45,548 nucleotides of DNA from Scenedesmus sp. PABB004 (lineage: Eukaryota), in contig JABVCE010000003.1 in NCBI GenBank assembly GCA_014905635.1, positions 1,798,001-1,843,548 on the forward strand, written 5' to 3'. The notes under the pieces are model-generated. The model saw only the letters and a program-made list of their open reading frames with translations, was not told the DNA's origin and made no database searches. The position numbers were made by a program, and so were the translations under genes. Numbering within the stretch: position 1 is the first letter of the stretch; every line of letters starts with the position of its first letter. Below are positions 39,326 through 45,548 of the stretch, one piece after another.

Positions 39326-40186
39326 ATGGCCGTCACCGTCGGCAAGAAGGTCGCCAAGGTGGCGGCCAAGAAGAAGGCCGCCACGTTCACCATCGACTGC
39401 AGCAAGGTGCGCGCCGGAGCTGACCGGGGGCGGCCCCTGGAGCGGACGGGCGGGCCGGCGGCGGGCCGCGGGCCCGCGCGGGGGCCGGCCGCCCCCGGCA
39501 GCAGCCGATGGCGCGCCCCCGAGGGCGCGGGCGGGCGATCCGGCAGAGGGCGGGGCCGTGAGCCACGCATGGCGCGCCCGGCGCGGCGGCAGGGCGGCAG
39601 CGGCGGCGTGCGGCGCGGCCGCCGGCGGCGCAGCAGCAGCGGCGGCACGCGGCGCTGCGCCGGCGCGCGTGGCCAGCCCGCCGCGGCAGGGCCAGCGTGC
39701 AGCCGTCATGCCCTCCATCCTCGCGCCGGCGCAGCGGCAGCGGCAGCAGCAGCGCGCTCGGCGGGGACGGCCGCGCAGGGCCGCCGCCGCGCAGGGCCGC
39801 CGCCGCGCGCCACGCCGCGCCGCGCCGCGCCCACCCCGCCCGCCGCGCCCGCCGCTGCCTCCCCCCTGTGGTCTCCTCGCCAGCCGGTGGAGGACAAGAT
39901 CATGGAGATTGCGAGCTTTGAGAAGTTCCTGGCCGACAAGATCAAGGTCGACGGCAAGGCGGGCGTGCTGGGCGACGTGGTCAAGGTCGCGCGCGACAAG
40001 ACCAAGGTCACCGTGACCAGCGAGGCGCACATGTCCAAGCGCTACCTCAAGTACCTCACCAAGAAGTACCTGAAGAAGCACAACGTGCGCGACTGGCTGC
40101 GCGTGATCGCGCACAACAAGGAGCGCGCGACGTACGAGCTGCGCTACTTCAACATCGCCGACAACGAGGCCGAGGACGAGGAGTAG
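39326..40186 (+). CDS. RPL22: 60S ribosomal protein eL22, 2 exons
   Basis: [47 protein letters not shown] and [13 protein letters not shown] polyA signal at 40326. Confidence 0.98.
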   Translation: MAVTVGKKVAKVAAKKKAATFTIDCSKVRAGADRGRPLERTGGPAAGRGPARGPAAPGSSRWRAPEGAGGRSGRGRGREPRMARPARRQGGSGGVRRGRRRRSSSGGTRRCAGARGQPAAAGPACSRHALHPRAGAAAAAAAARSAGTAAQGRRRAGPPPRATPRRAAPTPPAAPAAASPLWSPRQPVEDKIMEIASFEKFLADKIKVDGKAGVLGDVVKVARDKTKVTVTSEAHMSKRYLKYLTKKYLKKHNVRDWLRVIAHNKERATYELRYFNIADNEAEDEE

Positions 40187-41232
40187 GGGCCCGCCCCGCG
40201 CTGCTGCCGCGATGCTGCTGGTTGGCGTCCGCAGCGGCGGGGCGCGCCGCCGCTGCCGGACGGGCGGCGGCCGAGCTGCAACGCTCGGCAGGCGGGGGCG
40301 CGGTGCGCCGCCGCAGCCCCCGGGGTGTAACTCGCCGCCTCGCGCAGCGGCTCGCCGGGGGCGCGTCGTCGCGCGCGCACGCACGCGCGCCGGGGCGCGC
40401 GCCGCCCCGCATCGCCTGCAGGTCCCCGACCCCGCCGCTGGCGCGCGACGGCGAGGAGCTGCTGGCGGCGGCAGGCGGCAGCCGCTGGCGGCGGCTGGCG
40501 ACTGGCGGCTGGCGGCGGGGCAGGCGCAGCTGGGCGGCAGCAGCCGCAGCTTGGCGGCTGCGCGGGCGAAGCCGGCGGCGGCAGCGGCCGGCGGCGGCAG
40601 CGGCCGGCGGCTGCGCGCTAGCAGCAGCTGGCGCAGCGGCAGCAGCAGATGGCTGGGTGGCTCTGACCAGCTGCGGCGTGGGCCCGGGCGTTCGCGCATT
40701 TCGTGCTTCTGCGTCGTCGCGCGGCTGCCGTCGGCCGCGACGCAGCGTGGCGGCCGCACCCGCCGCGACGCAACAGCAGCAGCGCGCCCCGTCGGCCCGA
40801 GCATCCAGCGGTCGCGCCGCCGCCATGCCGCTGCCCCGCGTCGTCAGGCGGCGCTGCGCCCGCCGCCGGCAGCCGGCCGGCCGCCGCCGTTCGGCTGTCG
40901 GAACCGCCGCGCCGGCGCACGCCGCCTGGCGCGCCGCCCCTGGCGCCGCGCACACGCTCCCCGCGCCACGCGACCCCGGCGGCCTCCGCAGCGCCCGCCC
41001 AGGCGCAGCCTGCCGCCTCCGCCCGCGCCGGCGCCCGGCAGCCCGCCCTGCTGACCCGCAGCCCGTCGCACACGTGCGCCCGGGTCCCTCCCCAGCCGTG
41101 TGCGCGGCCGGCTGAGGGCCGCGGCGGCCTCTGCGCGCGCCGTTTGGGGCGCACGCATCGCCGGCGTCTGGCGCCCGCCCCGGCCTGCCCCGGCCCCGTG
41201 AGCGGCAGCGGCGCCGGCCGGCGGTGGGCAAC

Positions 41233-44200
41233 ATGCCGGCCTACAACTTCAAGAGCATGCAGGTCGTGCCGCCCGCCAAGGACTTCATCGACATAGTGCT
41301 GTCGAAGACGCAGCGCCAGACGCCGACCGTGGTGCACAATGGCTGGCAGATCCAGCGCATCCGCCAGTTCTACATGCGCAAGGTCAAGTTCACGGCGGCC
41401 AGCTGGAACGAGAAGCTCACGCAGATCCTCGACGACTTCCCAAAGGTCGAGGACATCCACCCCTTTTACAGCGACCTGCTCAACGTGCTCTACGACAAGG
41501 ACCACTACAAGCTCGCGCTGGGGCAGCTTAACACGGCGCGCAACCTCATCGACAAGCTCGCCCAGGGTGAGGCGCGGCGCCGCGGCAGCGCAGCGCAGCG
41601 CGCGGGTCGCGGCGGCCGCGGCGGCGGGCAGCAGCGACAGCGGCGGCAGCGGCGGCGGGGGCAGCGGCCGCAGCGTGCGGCACTCGATGGCTGACGACTG
41701 CTGCGGCAGCAGCAGAGGCAACGGCAGCAGCAGCGGCATGAGCGGCTGCAGCGCCCGCGCCTGCGTTGGCCCTGCTCCCTCGCGCGGCAGCGGCGCGCCA
41801 GCAACCAGCGGGCGTGGGTGCTGACGCCGCTCCGCCCCCGCGCGCGCGCGCCCCGCAGACTACGTGCGGCTGCTTAAGTACGGTGACTCGCTGTACCGCT
41901 GCAAGGAGCTCAAGCGCGCGGCCATGGTGCGCTGCGCTGCGCGGTCCGCAGCCGCCAACGGCGCTGCGCGCGCTGCAGGCGACCGGCAGCATTGCTGGCC
42001 ACGCGGCCTCCGGCAGCCGCTTGGCTGCCGCCTGCCAGCAGCGGCTTGGCTGCAGCGCAGCCCAATGACAGCCTCGCCCGGCTCTGGCGGCTCGGCGCCG
42101 TGCCTGCTCGCGCGCGTGCCTCGCGCGACCCCGCCGCCGCCGCCGCCGCCGCGCTCGCCGCGCGCGCCAGGGCCGCATGTGCACGCTGATGAAGCAGCAG
42201 GACGCGAGCCTCAAGTACCTGGAGCAGGTGCGCCAGCACATGAGCAGGCTGCCGGGCATCGACCCCAACACGCGCAGCCTGCTGCTCTGCGGCTACCCCA
42301 ACGTCGGCAAGAGCAGCATGATGAACCTGCTCACGCGCGCCGACGTGGAGGTGCAGCCCTACGCCTTCACCACCAAGAGCCTCTACGTCGGGCACATGGA
42401 CTACCGATACATGCGCTGGCAGGTGACCACACGCGACCCGCGGCGCGGCGCGCGGCGCGCGGCTGTGAGGCTGCGGCGCAGCGCGCGCGCGCCGCCGCTG
42501 CAGCGGCACATGGGGCGGCGCTGCGCTGCGCGCGGCGCGCCCGCCGCAGCTGCCGGTCGGTCAGGCTGGGCGACCCGCGCGCCGCGCGCCGCGCGCCCAC
42601 CCCGCGCGCGCCGCGCCGCCGCGCCGCGCCGCGCCGCGCGTCCAGGTGCTGGACACGCCGGGCATCCTCGACCGGCCGCTGGAGGAGCGCAACACGATCG
42701 AGATGCAGAGCATCACGGCGCTGGCGCACCTGCGCTGCGCGGTGCTGTACCTGGTGGACATCAGCGAGCAGTGCGGGTACAGCCTGTCGCAGCAGGCGGC
42801 GCTCTTCCACAGCATCAAGCCCCTCTTTGCCAACAAGCCGCTGCTGGTGGTGGTCAACAAGACCGACGTGCGCCCCCTCGACGCGCTCAGCGACGACGAC
42901 CGCGCGGTGCTGGACGACATGCACGCAGAGGCGCGACGCATCAGCACCGGCGGTGCGCCGCGCCCGCAGGCCGCGCGCAGCGCCCGCGCCCGCAGGCCGG
43001 CCGCGGCCCCGCGCGCCCGGCGGCCGTGCGCGCCCCTCAGCGCCCGCGCGCCGCCGACGGCGCCGCCCACGCGCCGCCGCTGCCCCGCCCCCGCGCGTCG
43101 CGCAGGCGTGTCCGAGGCTGACAGCGGGAGCGGGACGCCGTACCTGCTGAGCATGAGCACGCTGACGGAGGAGGGCGTGATGGGCGTCAAGACGGCGGCG
43201 TGCGACCGGCTGCTCAACTTCCGCGTCGACATGAAGGTCGCGGGCAAGCGCATCGCCGACGTGCTCAACCGCATGCACGTCGCGCTGCCGCGCGCGCGCG
43301 ACGCGACCGCGCGCCCGCCCGTCATCCCCGCCAGCGTGCTCGCCGCGCGCGCGGCGGGCGCGGAGCGCGCCACGCGCAAGCTCGAGAAGCAGCTGCAGGA
43401 GGAGGGCGGCGGCGCGGGTGCGCGCGCGCGCTCAGGGGGGGCGGGAGCGCGGGGCCAGCGGCGGGGAGGCGGCGGCGCGGGGGCGCCGCGCGCCGTGCTG
43501 CAGGCGCCGCGCACGCACCGCCGCCGCGGCGCCGGCCGGCGTCCGCTGACCGCGTGCGCGGCCGTGTGCGCGCGCGTGCAGGCGTGTACAGCGCCGACCT
43601 GCGCAAGCACTACGACCTCAAGGACCCGGCCTGGCGGTACGACATCATGCCCGAGATCCTGGACGGCCACAACGTCGCCGACTTCATCGACCCGGACATC
43701 GACGCGAAGCTCGCGGAGCTGGAGCGCGAGGAGGCAGAGGCAGAGGCGGCGCACCAGGCAGAGGTGCGGCGCGCCGCGCACGGGGCGCTGCGCGCACTGC
43801 GCGCACGCGAGGCCGCGGGCTGCAGCCCCCGCCCGGCTGCAGCCGCGCAGCCAGCCCCGCCGCAGCGCTGCGTGCCCGCGCGCGCCCCCGCTGCAGCCGC
43901 AGCCAGCCCCGCCGCGGCGCTGCGCGCGCGTGCCGCGCTGCCGGCCGGCCGGCCGACCCCGTCGCGCCGCCGTCGCCGCCGCGCCCGGCGCGCGGCGCAG
44001 ATGGCGGGCGTGATGGACACCGACGAGCTGACCGAGCACCAGGCGGCCGACCTCGCGGCCATCCGCGCGCGCAAGAAGCAGATCGTGTCGGGGCACCGCC
44101 TCAAGAAGAGCTCCGCCGGCAACCGCCCCGTCATGCCCGCCAAGCACGGAGCGAGCGGCAAGCTCAAGGCGGCGGTGCTGCGCAAGTCGCTGGGCGCGCT

Positions 44201-44784
44201 CGGCATCGACACCAGCGCCGCGGAGCAGCGCCTGCGCGAGCGCAGCCAGTCGCGCGGCCGCAAGCGCAGCAGGTGCGCGCGCGCTGGGCGGGGGGCGCGC
44301 GCGCGCAGAGGGGGCGGCGCCGGCGCGTGCAGCGGCGCCGGCGCGTGCAGCGGGGGCGCCTGCGGCGCGCAGCGGCGGCGTCTGCGGCGCGGCACACGCG
44401 GTGGCGCGTAGCGTGCAGTTGCGCTTGCTGCGGCGGCGGCGCCGCGCACCGACCCGCCGCTGCGCGCCCCCGCGCAGGAGCGAGGCGCCCGGCGACGGCG
44501 ACGCGGAGATGGCGGACGCCGACGCGACGCCCAAGAAGCGCGTGCACAGCAGCAAGAGCCGCGGCATGAGCCGCGGACGCAGCCAGTCGCTCGCGGCGCC
44601 GTCGCCCAACAGCGGGCTGCGCGACGCGGGCATGTCCAACAAGGCGGTCAAGCTGTCGGACAAGGCGCAGCGCGTGCGCAACAAGATGGCCAAGGTCGGC
44701 GAGGCCGACCGCGTCATCACCACCAAGATGCCCAAGCACCTCTTCAGCGGCAAGCGCGGCAAGGGCAAGACCGACCGCCGCTAG
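41233..44784 (+). CDS. NOG1: Nucleolar GTP-binding protein 1, multi-exon
   Basis: [33 protein letters not shown]1 [24 protein letters not shown], and C-terminus [17 protein letters not shown]. Confidence 0.98.
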
Positions 44785-45323
44785 CGCGCGCGGCGGCGGC
44801 GCGCGGCGCGCGGCGGGCGCGTGGCGGGCGCGGCGTGCGCGGCGGGCGTGGCGGGCGCGGCGGGTGCGGCGGCGCGCCGGGTCGGCGCTGCATGCCCCAA
44901 CGTGGGGGGCCCTTGTCGTTGCCTCGGCCGCCGCAGCCGGCGGGGCGTGCGTGCGTGCAGCCCCTCCCTCGTTTGGGGCGGCCGGCCCCACGCGCGTGCG
45001 GCCCCTGTTCACTCGCGCGCGGCGGTGGGTAATCGTTGCGCCGCGTCCCTTGGCCGCTGCGCCCGCGCCTGCGCCCTCGCGCATGCACGTCGCCGCGCCG
45101 AGGCGCGCCCGTCCGCGCGGACGTCAGCCTCGCCGCAAGGGGGGCGGAGGCGAGCCCCTATTCGGCAACGTGCGCCGACCAATCCTCCACCCAAATCTCG
45201 AGCCAGAACCGCGCAACGACATGGCGGCCCCACAGCCCAGGCGGCGGGGCGGGGCGGCGGGCAGCCCTTGGCGCGCGCCGACACCACCGCACGATCGCTC
45301 GCCGGCGTGGTGCAGCATCGCGG

Positions 45324-45548
45324 TTTTAGGTTTTAGGTTTTAGGTTTTAGGGTTAGGTTTTAGGTTTTAGGTTTTAGGTTTTAGGGTTTGGTTTTAGGTT
45401 TTTAGGTTTTTAGGTTTTAGGGTTTAGGGTTTAGGGTTTAGGGTTTAGGGTTTAGGGTTTAGGGTTTAGGGTTTAGGGTTTAGGGTTTAGGGTTTAGGGT
45501 TTAGGGTTTAGGGTTTAGGGTTTAGGGTTTAGGGTTTAGGGTTTAGGG
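45324..45548 (+). repeat. Telomere: variant proximal repeats (mostly TTTTAGG) followed by 18 canonical TTTAGGG units
   Basis: G-rich strand runs 5'->3' to the window end; TTTAGGG is perfect from 45423. Confidence 0.97.

Noticed and set aside
39407..39883. snoRNA hosted in the RPL22 intron (NOG1 introns also checked)
   Set aside because: No convincing box C/D or H/ACA motifs by eye; a covariance-model scan would be needed.
40826..41115. Short ORF upstream of NOG1 (MPLPRVVRRR...)
   Set aside because: Low-complexity with no homology cues; most simply promoter or 5'UTR sequence.

Overview
Right-hand end of a chromosome from a very GC-rich, intron-rich eukaryote. The TTTAGGG telomere, UGUAA-type polyA signals, plastid-targeted proteins and short GC-rich introns suggest a chlorophyte green alga, probably Sphaeropleales-like (inference). 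Most long ORFs in the supplied track are GC artefacts, so I rebuilt the genes by hand from exons. Gene order: EDEM3-like GH47 mannosidase with PA domain (-, runs off the left edge); peroxisomal dienoyl-CoA isomerase (+); isopentenyl phosphate kinase (+); plastid MATE transporter (-) with a spliced antisense orphan gene inside a 1.46 kb intron; HAD-IG 5'-nucleotidase (-); truncated saccharopine-dehydrogenase-like remnant abutting a 73-bp satellite; AP-1 gamma adaptin (+); three tandem secreted PKD-like/proline-rich genes (+); cytochrome b5-like (+); CcdA (-); VHS-GAT TOM1-like (+); RPL22 (+); NOG1 (+); then the telomere about 540 bp later. The best candidate for a new system is the three-gene secreted family. 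It carries five copies of an acidic C-x18-20-CC-x12-C module I do not recognise, and two members share a near-identical 684-bp promoter plus signal-peptide cassette in front of divergent bodies. Also notable: the nested gene, at least 10 GC-AG introns, and a satellite with helically phased A-tracts.
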